Shown: positions 9,201-17,677, numbered from the stretch's first letter. The stretch is 19,763 nt of DNA from Bdellovibrionota bacterium FG-2 (GCA_051382305.1 JBBCAV010000055.1:1-19763); one strand, 5' to 3'. Notes: generated from the sequence alone by a model not told the origin. A program made the numbers and translations.

Positions 9201-9575
9201 TTTTACCTCGGAAGGCAGCCGCGGCAAAATCTTGCTCAAATACTCGACCACGCGAGAGCGGGCCCAATACAAATCCGTCCCATCTTCAAAAATGACATAG
9301 ACATATGAAAAACCAAAATCAGACAATCCACGCACCGCTTTGATCTTCGGGGCACCTAGCAACGCCGTAACGATGGGATAGGTGACCTGATCCTCCAAAA
9401 TATCCGGCGAACGATCCCACTTAGAATAGATAATCACCTGGGTATCCGAAAGATCCGGAATCGCATCCAGGGGAATCGTCTTTAAACAAACCGCTGCTCC
9501 AATGATGGCCACACCGGTCAAAATAAAGACCAACAGTTTATTGTGGGCACTCCACTCAATGATTCTCTCGACCAT
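6276..9575 (-). CDS. cusA: CusA/SilA heavy-metal RND efflux permease (Cu+/Ag+)
   Basis: 1099 aa with PLDAIPDLSDTQVII, GPDATSVGWVYQYAL, IGVLVDGAIVEVEN and RIRPKMMT. The Met-triad contexts LYMPT, SMVETT and RIDMLSTG match CusA. Confidence 0.95.
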   Translation of the reverse strand: MVERIIEWSAHNKLLVFILTGVAIIGAAVCLKTIPLDAIPDLSDTQVIIYSKWDRSPDILEDQVTYPIVTALLGAPKIKAVRGLSDFGFSYVYVIFEDGTDLYWARSRVVEYLSKILPRLPSEVKTEIGPDATSVGWVYQYALIDESNQLNLAELRSIQDWQLKFHLQAVPGVAEVAAVGGFIKQYQINIDPNKLIVYGMTITQVVNAVRAGNTDTGGRVLEFSGTEYMVRGRGYVKNKEDIENIVVMTDPKTGVPILVKHLGRVELGPDMRRGVTDLNGMGDTVGGVAIMRQGENALNVINAVKARLEELKPSLPPGVKIVSVYDRSDLITRAIDTLKHELKVEVIIVSLVILLFLWHIPSAVVPILTIPISVFLAFIPMYFMGLTTNIMSLAGIAISIGVLVDGAIVEVENAYKKLEEWNSSGRKGDFHLVRLNALKEVAPSVFFSLLVISVSFLPVFTLVDQEGRLFKPLAFSKTLAMALASVLAVTVDPALRMMFTRMDYFRYIPLSRARGSVLERLRNGVVWLGNKTLVGNYYPEEKHPISRILFRLYEPVVHFVLKHSTATLIGALLVMLTTIPIYLKLGSEFMPPLNEGAFLYMPTAFPGMSVTEAKRILQIQDKLIKEFPEVDTVFGKAGRADTPTDPAPFSMVETTVVLKPLSEWPAVDRWYSGLPHFTHSLFSWITPVHRTFEELQNDMNNKLRFAGIPNVWTMPIKNRIDMLSTGIRTPIGIKVLGKDLKVIQGIGEQIELALRPVAGTRNIYAERAAGGYYLDFVLNRDELARYGISVAEAQMVVNTAVGGENISYTVEGRERYPINVRYAREFRDDINTLKRVLVPSPTGAHIPITQIADIRMVEGPAMVRNENGLLAGYVYVDMAGRDVGGYVHEAKKNVEEKVKVPTGYTLVWSGQYENMIRVKERLKIVIPLTLFIIALLLYMNTKSTVKTAIVLLAVPFSLVGSVWLLFLLGYNISIAVWVGMIALMGLDAETGVFMLLYLDLAYEDHVRAGTMRTKADLDAAIMHGAVRRIRPKMMTVMAAFMGLLPIMWSSGAGSDVMRRIAAPMVGGLVTSFILELLVYPVIFHIWKWKFVMKEGRRNL

Positions 9576-9577
9576 GG

Positions 9578-10663
9578 CTATTTGCTCCCATGCACGTGTG
9601 GCGGCGGAGCGCCCTCCAAAACTCCTCGCAGTTTCGATTCAGAATCAATCAAGAAGTTAGCAGAGGTGACAATTGTATCGCCTTCATTCAAACCAGAAAG
9701 GACTTCATAATAACTCTGAGCCTTCAAACCCGTCCGAATCGGACGCGGCTCAAACCGCCCCCCCTCCTTCACCACAAAGACGAACGCCTTCTCCCCCGAG
9801 AAGAGAACCGCATCCTCTGGAACCGCAAGCTTATCCAGAAGATCAATCTTGATCTTTACATTCACAAAGGTATCCGGCCGTAAAAGACCCTCGGTATCTG
9901 GAACCGAGGCTCTTACGCGAACCGTTCGCGTTGGCGAATTGACCACAGGGCTAATACTAGACAATTTTCCCGCAAACATCTTACCAGGGATGGACGGCGC
10001 CTCAACCTCAACTTTTAAGCCAGATTTAAGGCCTGCCACTTCATATTCAAAAACCTCTGCGTAAACCCAAACAGCTCCTTTTGGCAAAAGTAAACTCATC
10101 GCGCTCATCCTTCCTGAACTCAACGTCCTAATCTGGTCATCGGAAAGGCCCATAAGCTTTAGTTTCGTCTTGGCTGAAGAAATCAATTCATTCGCCTGAT
10201 TCTGCATGAGACCATCCGTCATTTGACCCCGCGAAAGAAACGCCTGCCGATACTCTTCAATGGCGGTAAAAAGTTCTGGATCAAATGCCACACGACCGCT
10301 GGCGCGCACTTCATGACCCAAAGGACGAATGACCACCTTAGCTGTTGTAACTCCAATCATCTGTTGTCGTTCTGGAGACAATGAAAAAGCGGCGCGCCCC
10401 TGTACGGCCTGAACTGGAGATGAATCCGAGCCTTTTTGTTCGTCTTCCACCTTTTCAAGGGTCATGTGGCAAATGGGACAAATACCGGGTTTATCCGACG
10501 TAACTGCAGGATGCATAGAGCAACGATAAAGCTCCTTCTTCTTTTGCTCAGCCCCAGCCTTTTGCACGCCGCCCGTGACTCCAGTTTTTTTGGTACAAGC
10601 CGCAAAATCGACAGTAAGCACAAGGAGCGCCAACATTAGCGGGATCATATTTCTCTTATTCAT
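9578..10663 (-). CDS. cusB: CusB-like RND periplasmic adaptor with N-terminal heavy-metal-binding domain
   Basis: Possible lipobox FAAC, YRCSMHP...PGICPICHMTL metal-binding motif, VWVYAEVFE, TRTVRVR and the C-terminal SANFLIDSESKL. Confidence 0.9.
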   Translation of the reverse strand: MNKRNMIPLMLALLVLTVDFAACTKKTGVTGGVQKAGAEQKKKELYRCSMHPAVTSDKPGICPICHMTLEKVEDEQKGSDSSPVQAVQGRAAFSLSPERQQMIGVTTAKVVIRPLGHEVRASGRVAFDPELFTAIEEYRQAFLSRGQMTDGLMQNQANELISSAKTKLKLMGLSDDQIRTLSSGRMSAMSLLLPKGAVWVYAEVFEYEVAGLKSGLKVEVEAPSIPGKMFAGKLSSISPVVNSPTRTVRVRASVPDTEGLLRPDTFVNVKIKIDLLDKLAVPEDAVLFSGEKAFVFVVKEGGRFEPRPIRTGLKAQSYYEVLSGLNEGDTIVTSANFLIDSESKLRGVLEGAPPPHVHGSK

Positions 10664-11976
10664 GGCTTTGCTCCCAGGGATTCGCCCAGCAGTGCTTCGA
10701 ATTCGGCAATTCTTGACTGATAACTCACCAACGCTTCGTTGTATGTAAATTCAGTTTGATAGCGATTCCGGACGAGATTCACAACCGCGACATATTCTAG
10801 TTTTCCCGTCAGATATGCCGATTTTGCCGACAGAACGGCCTGTCTCGCGAGCGGGAGCAACCCTCCTTCAAACAAGTGCACCCGCTTATCGGACTCGTAC
10901 AACTCCGTATACATAGTATGAACCAGATGTCGCAAATGCTGCCGCTCTTCATCTAAGAGTTTTTCGGACCTTAATTTTTCCGCCGAGGCACTTCGCACCT
11001 CTTCAGACTGCTTGGAGAATGCCCATAGTGGGATCGAAAGCGCGACCCCTCCTGATACCAAATCAACGCCGCGATCTCCCGGGCTAGGTTGGCGTTTCAT
11101 ATAAGCAAACCGAAACTCAAAATCGGGAAGGTAGTTCCACTTGGCGTACGAGAGCTTTGCATCTGAAACCTCGACATCCAGCCGCATCGCCTTTAAACTC
11201 GGATTTTTTGAATGAAGCTTCTCTAACAAATACTCCTCACTTAAGGCTGAAACATCAAGTGCGCGGGTTGAAGGCAGTTCAGGTCGCCCCAGCGCCGAGT
11301 CAATCGGTCTTCCAATTGCGCGATTGAGATCTCCGGTTTTTACACGAATTTGCTTATCGGCCGTGAGAAGTTCATCTCTCAAATTTCCCTCTTCCACTTG
11401 CAAGGCGAGCAGTTCTGCCTGTTGCGCCTTCCCCAAGGTGTACTTACTGCGGGTTACGCTTATTAACTGGCCCAATAGGGAAATTTGATCGGTCACGATA
11501 TCCTGTTTTTTATAGGCTAAGAATAGGTCAAAAAAGGCGACTCGCACCTCTTTGATCAGATCCAATTTTTTCTGACTATAGCCTGCGGTTTTGGACTCAA
11601 ATTCATATCGAGCAGCATCTCGAAGCTTACTAAGCTTTCCCGGAAATGGAATTTTCTGCGTAATCGAAAATTCGTTGCCCGTCATTCCAAACTCGCCCCC
11701 CGACAAAGTGTCAGCGGGGTAATTCGTCGCGGAAAATCCCACCATCGGATCCTCGTAAGAACCATTGGGTCCAATCTCTGCCTCTTTTACCTGGGCTTCA
11801 TACTTTACAGCCTCTAGGGCCGGGCGATTCTTAAGCGCCTCCTCAACAAGGATCTGGAGCTTTGTTTGTAGCGGCTCTTGGGCTTCTGCTGCGCGAGCTC
11901 CGAAGGCTATATTGCCCGCGACAAGAAACGCTCCCATGGTGGCGGCGATCATAATTCGTTTCAGCATTATCTTCAT
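10660..11976 (-). CDS. TolC-family outer membrane efflux protein (CusC-like)
   Basis: Signal peptide, ITQKIPFPGKL and LSIPLW motifs, helical repeats, and first position in the RND operon. Confidence 0.9.
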   Translation of the reverse strand: MKIMLKRIMIAATMGAFLVAGNIAFGARAAEAQEPLQTKLQILVEEALKNRPALEAVKYEAQVKEAEIGPNGSYEDPMVGFSATNYPADTLSGGEFGMTGNEFSITQKIPFPGKLSKLRDAARYEFESKTAGYSQKKLDLIKEVRVAFFDLFLAYKKQDIVTDQISLLGQLISVTRSKYTLGKAQQAELLALQVEEGNLRDELLTADKQIRVKTGDLNRAIGRPIDSALGRPELPSTRALDVSALSEEYLLEKLHSKNPSLKAMRLDVEVSDAKLSYAKWNYLPDFEFRFAYMKRQPSPGDRGVDLVSGGVALSIPLWAFSKQSEEVRSASAEKLRSEKLLDEERQHLRHLVHTMYTELYESDKRVHLFEGGLLPLARQAVLSAKSAYLTGKLEYVAVVNLVRNRYQTEFTYNEALVSYQSRIAEFEALLGESLGAKP

Positions 11977-12076
11977 GATAACGATTTTCCTTAATAGTAA
12001 TACGAATGAATCCCCTCTATTGTGACACGTGCGCGCTGTTTTCGTAACAGATTACAATGGCGCCAAAAAAGTGGCG

Positions 12077-12871
12077 CTATTGCACAGTGTCCTGAGTGAC
12101 ATACCCCATGAGACTCCGGGTGAGAGTTCGACGCAATCGCATGGGGACCCAATGCCCTAGCCACCTCGTCAGCCGATTCATCTTACCCGGGATAATGAGG
12201 AACTTTCGCTGAAAAACCTTTTTTAAGCTGTACCGAGCGACCTCCTCGGGGGTCATCATCACCGAATGGACTCCAATGTTTTGTCCTGAGGATTTGAAAA
12301 AATCTGTATCGATCCCGCCCGGGCACAAACAGGAGACAAAAATGGGGAGAGCGAGAGCCCTAAATTCATGATCAAGGGTCTCCGACCACTCCAGGAGAAA
12401 CGTTTTTGAGGCGGAATAGACCGCATATTTCGGCACATTTTGAAGCGCCGCGAGACTTGAAACGTTAAGAAGAAAATGTTCGTTTTGCTTTCGCTTTTTG
12501 ATCTCATTTACCCAGTGGTGAGTCAGTGCGACGGGAGCCTCAATGTTTAGCCGAATCACATTGAGGTGGTCTGAGAGGTTGGCTAGCGGGAACCAGTGGT
12601 AAGTACCTGTTCCCGCGTTATTGATCAAGAGTTCGGGAAGTGACACCGTTTCTGCAAGGTAATTTTTCACCTTTTCCCGATCCGCTTCTAACAGAAGGTC
12701 ACAGGCAAAGGTTTCTACCTTGATACCATATTCTTTTTTGAGGGCCTCGCTGAGCCTTAGTAGATGAAATCCACGGCGCGCCACCAAAACCAAGTCCCAG
12801 CCGTAAGACGCGAGGATTTTTGAGTACGATTCACCTAAGCCACTTGAAGCACCTGTGATGAGAGCTTTCAT
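12077..12871 (-). CDS. Classical short-chain dehydrogenase/reductase (DltE-like); candidate 3-ketosphinganine/oxidised-ceramide reductase
   Basis: ITGASSGLG, LVARR (NADPH-type), NNAG, NVSS and YSASK catalytic motifs. The specific role is inferred only from adjacency to spt. Confidence 0.9.
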   Translation of the reverse strand: MKALITGASSGLGESYSKILASYGWDLVLVARRGFHLLRLSEALKKEYGIKVETFACDLLLEADREKVKNYLAETVSLPELLINNAGTGTYHWFPLANLSDHLNVIRLNIEAPVALTHHWVNEIKKRKQNEHFLLNVSSLAALQNVPKYAVYSASKTFLLEWSETLDHEFRALALPIFVSCLCPGGIDTDFFKSSGQNIGVHSVMMTPEEVARYSLKKVFQRKFLIIPGKMNRLTRWLGHWVPMRLRRTLTRSLMGYVTQDTVQ

Positions 12872-12966
12872 AACCGCCTATTTGTCTGAGAGAGAGCCTG
12901 CGCCACAAGAGAAAAATGAATGGTACATTTCTTGATGGGTGCACCCCAAGGTTGGGGGATCAAAAT

Positions 12967-14232
12967 ATGGAAAATCCGATTTTTAAACGTGCTGAAGATT
13001 TCATGGAAGCGCGCCTCCTTAAGAGGGCGGGCGTTTATCCGTTTTTCAGACCCATGTCATCCAGTGATGGAGCACGGGTTCGGTTTGAGGAGCGCGATCT
13101 GATCATGATCGGATCGAACAACTACCTTGGCCTGACAAATGATGAACGCGTAAAGAAGGCAGGGCACGAGGCGATTGAGCGCTTTGGAACGGGCTGCACG
13201 GGATCACGGTTTCTCAATGGAAACAGCGTGATTCACGATCAACTCGAAACGGAACTCGCGACCTTTTTGGGCAAACAAGACGCCCTCGTTTTCGCGACGG
13301 GTTTCATGACGAACTATGCTTCGATTGGAACGCTCGTCGAGGAAGGTGACTTCATTCTATCTGACAACGAAAACCATGCATCCATTATCGCAGGTTGCAA
13401 GGCATCCCTTGCACAAACCATTGTCTATAACCACAATGACATCGCCGACCTCAGGGCAATGCTCTCTCTACTTCCGCCTGGGGCTGCCAAGCTCATCGTG
13501 ACCGACGCTGTCTTCTCAATGACAGGCGAGATTGTCGACCTTCCTGGGATCGTTAAAGTCAAAAAGGAATTTCCTAACACACTCCTCCTTATTGATGACG
13601 CGCACGGACTGGGGGTACTGGGCAAAGAAGGGCGCGGGACCTCTGACTGCTTTGGCCTAAGTCCGGAGGTGGATTTGATCTGTGCGACATTTTCAAAATC
13701 ATTTGCTTCCTTGGGTGGTTTTATCGCGGGAAACTCTATACTCATCGATTACTTTCGACATAAAGCTCGCGCCTTTATGTTCTCCGCCGCGCTTCCACCC
13801 GCGTCCGTGGGCTCCGCATTAAAGGTGCTCGAACTTCTCAAAACTGATGCTGAAATTTTGAGGCGGCTCTGGAAAAGCGTTCATCGCGCGCGCGAGGGCT
13901 ACGAAGCACTAGATCTCTCCTTTGTGCCTTCTTTGACCCCAATTTTATCGCTTCGAGTGGGTGACGAACGAAAAGCGCTATTGCTGGTCAAAGAACTTTT
14001 CACAAACGGCATTTTTGCCACGCCTGTCATGTATCCGGCCGTACCGTTTGGACACGCGTTCATTCGCACCTCCTACATGGCCACGCACCAAAAGAGTGAT
14101 ATCGACCACGTACTCTCGGTGCTGGAAACTCTAAAAAGACCCTTTGGCTTATCGCGAGACACTACGCCCAATCAACAACAAGCTCATACCTATGCATTCG
14201 ACGAGTTTTTGAATGCGGAGAGTCCCCAATGA
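12967..14232 (+). CDS. spt: Serine palmitoyltransferase (alpha-oxoamine synthase family, PLP)
   Basis: GVYPFFR, GSNNYLGL, GTGCTGSRFLNG (SPT-type rather than BioF or Kbl type), NHASI, DDAHG and ATFSKSF (PLP Lys). Start 12967 has a GGGGG RBS (alternative 12916). Confidence 0.82.
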   Translation: MENPIFKRAEDFMEARLLKRAGVYPFFRPMSSSDGARVRFEERDLIMIGSNNYLGLTNDERVKKAGHEAIERFGTGCTGSRFLNGNSVIHDQLETELATFLGKQDALVFATGFMTNYASIGTLVEEGDFILSDNENHASIIAGCKASLAQTIVYNHNDIADLRAMLSLLPPGAAKLIVTDAVFSMTGEIVDLPGIVKVKKEFPNTLLLIDDAHGLGVLGKEGRGTSDCFGLSPEVDLICATFSKSFASLGGFIAGNSILIDYFRHKARAFMFSAALPPASVGSALKVLELLKTDAEILRRLWKSVHRAREGYEALDLSFVPSLTPILSLRVGDERKALLLVKELFTNGIFATPVMYPAVPFGHAFIRTSYMATHQKSDIDHVLSVLETLKRPFGLSRDTTPNQQQAHTYAFDEFLNAESPQ

Positions 14233-15395
14233 ACGCAAACCCAACAATTCAGATAGTCGAGGTCGTTTCCAAGGAAGAATGGAAGACATTTATTCGCCTT
14301 CCCGAAATGATCTACCAGGATTTTCCGCACTATATCTTCCCACTTGAGATTGCGCAGCGGGATCAACTTGACACAACCAAAAACCCCTTTTTTGAACATG
14401 CCGAGAAGGCCGCCTTTCTGGCCTACGAGGGTGAGAAACCCGTGGGGCGCATCTTATTCGTGATTGATCGGGCTCACTGCAAATTGCATGGCGAAAACGC
14501 GGCCTTTTGGGGATACTTTGAGTCACTCAACCGCAAAGAAGTCGCGCACGCACTTCTGGAGCGCGGTGAACAATGGGCGCGGGCTCGTCGCATGACGGTC
14601 TTCCGGGGCCCCATCCAACTCAGCACGAATAATGAGTGTGGCCTTTTGGTCGAGGGATTTGCTGATACGCCCACGCCGATGATGTCCTACAATCCACCCT
14701 ATTATAACGACCTAATTGAGAGCGCAGGTTTCTCCAAAGCCAAGGACCTCTATGCTTGGGAAGTGAGAAAAGAGTCTCGCTTCTCCGATCGTCTTGTTTC
14801 GCACGCCAAGCAAACCATCAAAAACGAAGGAATTCGTTTTCGCTCGATTAACATGAAAAAATACGACCAGGAAGTCGACCAAATCTTAGAAATCTATAAC
14901 GACGCCTGGGAGAAGAACTGGGGCTTCGTACCCATGACGGAGAATGAGTTTCGCCATACTGCAGCGGATATGAAACACATTCTGAATCCGAATCTCCTGT
15001 TTATCGCGGAAGTGAAAGGTGAACCCGCTGCATTTTCGCTTGCCCTCCCTGATTTCAACCGTGCTTTGAAGGGAAACAAATCTGGCCGTCCCTCACTTTG
15101 GGGCTGGTTCAAATTGCTTTGGTTTCTAAAAGGTCCTGGGAAATATTCCTTAGGTCGATGTCGAATTGTCACTTTGGGAATCAAACAGAAGTTTCGCAAT
15201 CTGGGACTAGGCCCTCTGATGTACGCGAGCTATCACAAGATCGGTCCTAAACTAGGCTATCCGATCGGCGAATGCTCCTGGATCCTTGAAGACAATACCG
15301 CGATGAACCGCGCCCTGGCGGACATGGGAGCGCAAAAGACCAAGGTTTATCGAGTCTTTGAGAAACTTCTTTCGGAGAAATCTCTCTCGGCCTAA
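14229..15395 (+). CDS. YghO-like tandem GNAT acyltransferase; probable bacterial ceramide synthase (bCerS)
   Basis: Family motifs NPFFEH, VGRI, WGYFES, RGPI..STNNECGLLVEGF, YNPPYY, IYNDAWEKNWGFVPMT, LPDFN and SWILEDN. It is translationally coupled to spt (ATGA). Confidence 0.8.
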   Translation: MNANPTIQIVEVVSKEEWKTFIRLPEMIYQDFPHYIFPLEIAQRDQLDTTKNPFFEHAEKAAFLAYEGEKPVGRILFVIDRAHCKLHGENAAFWGYFESLNRKEVAHALLERGEQWARARRMTVFRGPIQLSTNNECGLLVEGFADTPTPMMSYNPPYYNDLIESAGFSKAKDLYAWEVRKESRFSDRLVSHAKQTIKNEGIRFRSINMKKYDQEVDQILEIYNDAWEKNWGFVPMTENEFRHTAADMKHILNPNLLFIAEVKGEPAAFSLALPDFNRALKGNKSGRPSLWGWFKLLWFLKGPGKYSLGRCRIVTLGIKQKFRNLGLGPLMYASYHKIGPKLGYPIGECSWILEDNTAMNRALADMGAQKTKVYRVFEKLLSEKSLSA

Positions 15396-17008
15396 GCCGC
15401 TTCTGCTGCGTGGGCCTCGTCTTTTTTCTCTTCTTTTTCTTCGGTCAGAGTTGCTTGGGTCAAAAGTAGCGTCCCCGCGACGGACACCGCATTCTCAATT
15501 GCAATACGAATGACCTTAGTTGGGTCGATGATCCCCGCCTCTACCAGATCTCGGTACTTTCCTTTGGCGGCATCAAAACCGTAATTGCCTTTTCCTTTTC
15601 GCATTTCTGAAACGACGACCCCACCATCTTCGCCACTGTTTGCTGCGATCTGTCGGGTCGGAATTTCCAACGCGTGTCTTAGTATCTGGAACCCTGTCTT
15701 TTCATCACCCTCAGCCTTGGCCTCTTCTTGCTCTAGAAAGGGAATTGCCCGTAAAAGTGCGAGCCCCCCGCCCGGCACTATCCCTTCGGCCACTGCCGCT
15801 TTTGTTGCATTAATGGCATCGTCGAGGGCTTCTTTTTTACTTTTGAGCTCGGCTTCAGAAGGCGCGCCCACTCGGACGACGGCCACACCCCCGGCGAGTT
15901 TCGCGAGTCTCTCTTGGAGTTTCTCCTTGTCATACTGGCTCTTCTCAATCTCAATCTGATGACGAATTTGTTTGATTCGATCCACGATGACCTTTTTTTC
16001 TCCCAATCCCCCAATGATCGTCGTGGTATCTTTGTCCGCGGTGACACGTTCGGCTTGGCCAAGATGCTCCAGTTTTACGTGTTCGATTTTAATCCCCAGC
16101 TCATCGCTCACCACCTGAGCACCGGTAAGCAGGGCCAAATCTTCGAGCATGGCTTTTCTGCGATCACCAAAGCCAGGAGCTTTCACCGCCACGCAATTGA
16201 GGGTCCCTCGAAGTTTATTGACCACCAGCATCGCCAGCGCCTCACCTTCAATGTCGTCCGAGATAACTACAAGGGGCCGCCCTGTCTTGATCACACTCTC
16301 CAAAAGAGGAACCAGCGGTTCAATGCTCGAAAGCTTTCGGTCCGATAAAAGAATCCAAGGTTTCTCCATCCGCACTTCCATTTTGGCTGGGTCCGTAATG
16401 AAGTAGGGGGACAAATAGCCATGATCAAACTGCATTCCTTCGACGACCTCCACCGTGGTTTCGATTCCGCGGGCTTCTTCAACAGAGATTACGCCTTCGC
16501 CCCCCACTTTTTCGATAGCGTCGGCGACTAATTTTCCAAAGAACGGATCGTTATGAGCCGAAATGGTTCCAACCTGTTCTTTTTCCTCTCGCGTTGTGAT
16601 CGGCTTAGACTGCTTCTTAATGGCTTCAATCGCAATTTGGGCCGCACGATCCAAGCCTCGTTTAAGATCAATGGCACTTGCGCCGGCTGTTACATTCTTA
16701 ATACCTTCTGAGAATATCGCGTGGGCAAGAAGCGTGGACGTGCTCGTTCCATCGCCGACAGCTTCACCGGTTTTCTCCGCCGCTTCCCTGAGCATCTGCG
16801 CGCCCATGTTTTCAACCGGATCTTTAAGTTCGATTTCTTTTGCGATCGTCACCCCGTCATTACACACAATGGGCTTGCCCCATTTTTTTTCGATAAGGAC
16901 ACTGTTGGATTTAGGGCCCAAGGTGATCCGAATCGCATTGGCCAAGGTAGTTGCCCCCTTTAAAAGCTTTGCTTGGGCTTCCGATTGAAAAAGTAACTCT
17001 TTAGACAT
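15392..17008 (-). CDS. groEL: Chaperonin GroEL (divergent copy, no adjacent groES, no GGM tail)
   Basis: TLGPK, DGVTIAKEI, GDGTSTST, GMQFDHGYLSPYF, KAPGFGDRRK, LQERLAKLAGGVAV and GIIDPTKV. Confidence 0.97.
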   Translation of the reverse strand: MSKELLFQSEAQAKLLKGATTLANAIRITLGPKSNSVLIEKKWGKPIVCNDGVTIAKEIELKDPVENMGAQMLREAAEKTGEAVGDGTSTSTLLAHAIFSEGIKNVTAGASAIDLKRGLDRAAQIAIEAIKKQSKPITTREEKEQVGTISAHNDPFFGKLVADAIEKVGGEGVISVEEARGIETTVEVVEGMQFDHGYLSPYFITDPAKMEVRMEKPWILLSDRKLSSIEPLVPLLESVIKTGRPLVVISDDIEGEALAMLVVNKLRGTLNCVAVKAPGFGDRRKAMLEDLALLTGAQVVSDELGIKIEHVKLEHLGQAERVTADKDTTTIIGGLGEKKVIVDRIKQIRHQIEIEKSQYDKEKLQERLAKLAGGVAVVRVGAPSEAELKSKKEALDDAINATKAAVAEGIVPGGGLALLRAIPFLEQEEAKAEGDEKTGFQILRHALEIPTRQIAANSGEDGGVVVSEMRKGKGNYGFDAAKGKYRDLVEAGIIDPTKVIRIAIENAVSVAGTLLLTQATLTEEKEEKKDEAHAAEAA

Positions 17009-17031
17009 GATTCAAACCCCCTCGGCAAGCG

Positions 17032-17070
17032 GGCCCCATCCGAAAGCATAATCTGAGCGCGGATGGGGCC
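17032..17070. other. 11-bp perfect inverted repeat between hsp20 and groEL
   Basis: GGCCCCATCCG-N17-CGGATGGGGCC with no U-tract. Confidence 0.7.
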
Positions 17071-17090
17071 GATAGATATTGTGGCGATGC

Positions 17091-17645
17091 TTAGGCGACT
17101 TTCTTATGCTCTTCTTTTTTTGAGCCCAGGAGCTTTTGAATGAAGCCAGGCTTTCCCTCGCCAATCTTGATTTGGTGCACCTTTTCTGCTTCTAGCCTAG
17201 GCACGGCGATTCTCAGGACTCCATCCATAAACTCGGTTTCAACCTGCTCGGGTTTAATTCCCTTAGGAAGGGTAAAGGATCTTGAAAATTCGCCATGGTA
17301 ACGTTCCATTTCATAGCGACTTTTCCCCTTTTCTTCGCGTTCTTCTTTTCGTTCGCCGTAAACACAGAGTTCATTATCAAGAAGTTCAATTTTAATGTCG
17401 TCTTTTTTGACGCCAGGAACATCGAAGCTCAGCACATAATGGGATTCGGTTTCCTCAATACTGCAGGCGGGAAACGCGCTTGTGCTTATCGACTCCGGCA
17501 TAAGTCTCGAGTCATCCGGCCACGAACTCGTAAACTCATCAAAAATGCGATCAATTTGATTTTGAATTCTGGATAGCTCGCGAAATGGGCTTTCATTGCG
17601 AGCCCAAATTGAGCCGGGGCGAAAAAGACTAGGTAAGTTTGCCAT
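17091..17645 (-). CDS. Hsp20/alpha-crystallin small heat-shock protein (184 aa)
   Basis: Start re-called at ATG 17645 (AAGGA RBS). Motifs DVPGVKKDDIKI, GERK, ERYHGEFSRSFTLP, DGVLRI and the IxI motif (IKI). Confidence 0.95.
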   Translation of the reverse strand: MANLPSLFRPGSIWARNESPFRELSRIQNQIDRIFDEFTSSWPDDSRLMPESISTSAFPACSIEETESHYVLSFDVPGVKKDDIKIELLDNELCVYGERKEEREEKGKSRYEMERYHGEFSRSFTLPKGIKPEQVETEFMDGVLRIAVPRLEAEKVHQIKIGEGKPGFIQKLLGSKKEEHKKVA

Positions 17646-17677
17646 ATTGATTTTCCTTTCATGTAGGTTGTATGCAA

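Noticed and set aside
12040-12077. Possible CusR/CopR box (GTAACAGATTAC) and small hairpin GCGCCA-N6-TGGCGC upstream of the efflux operon
   Set aside because: The palindrome arms are only 4 bp and the match is poor. The hairpin is short and lacks a downstream U-tract.
12967-14232. Annotation as bioF or kbl
   Set aside because: The GCTGSRFLNG and TFSKS motifs and the coupling to a YghO/bCerS-like gene favour Spt, and no bio or tdh genes are nearby. Not fully excluded without a phylogeny.
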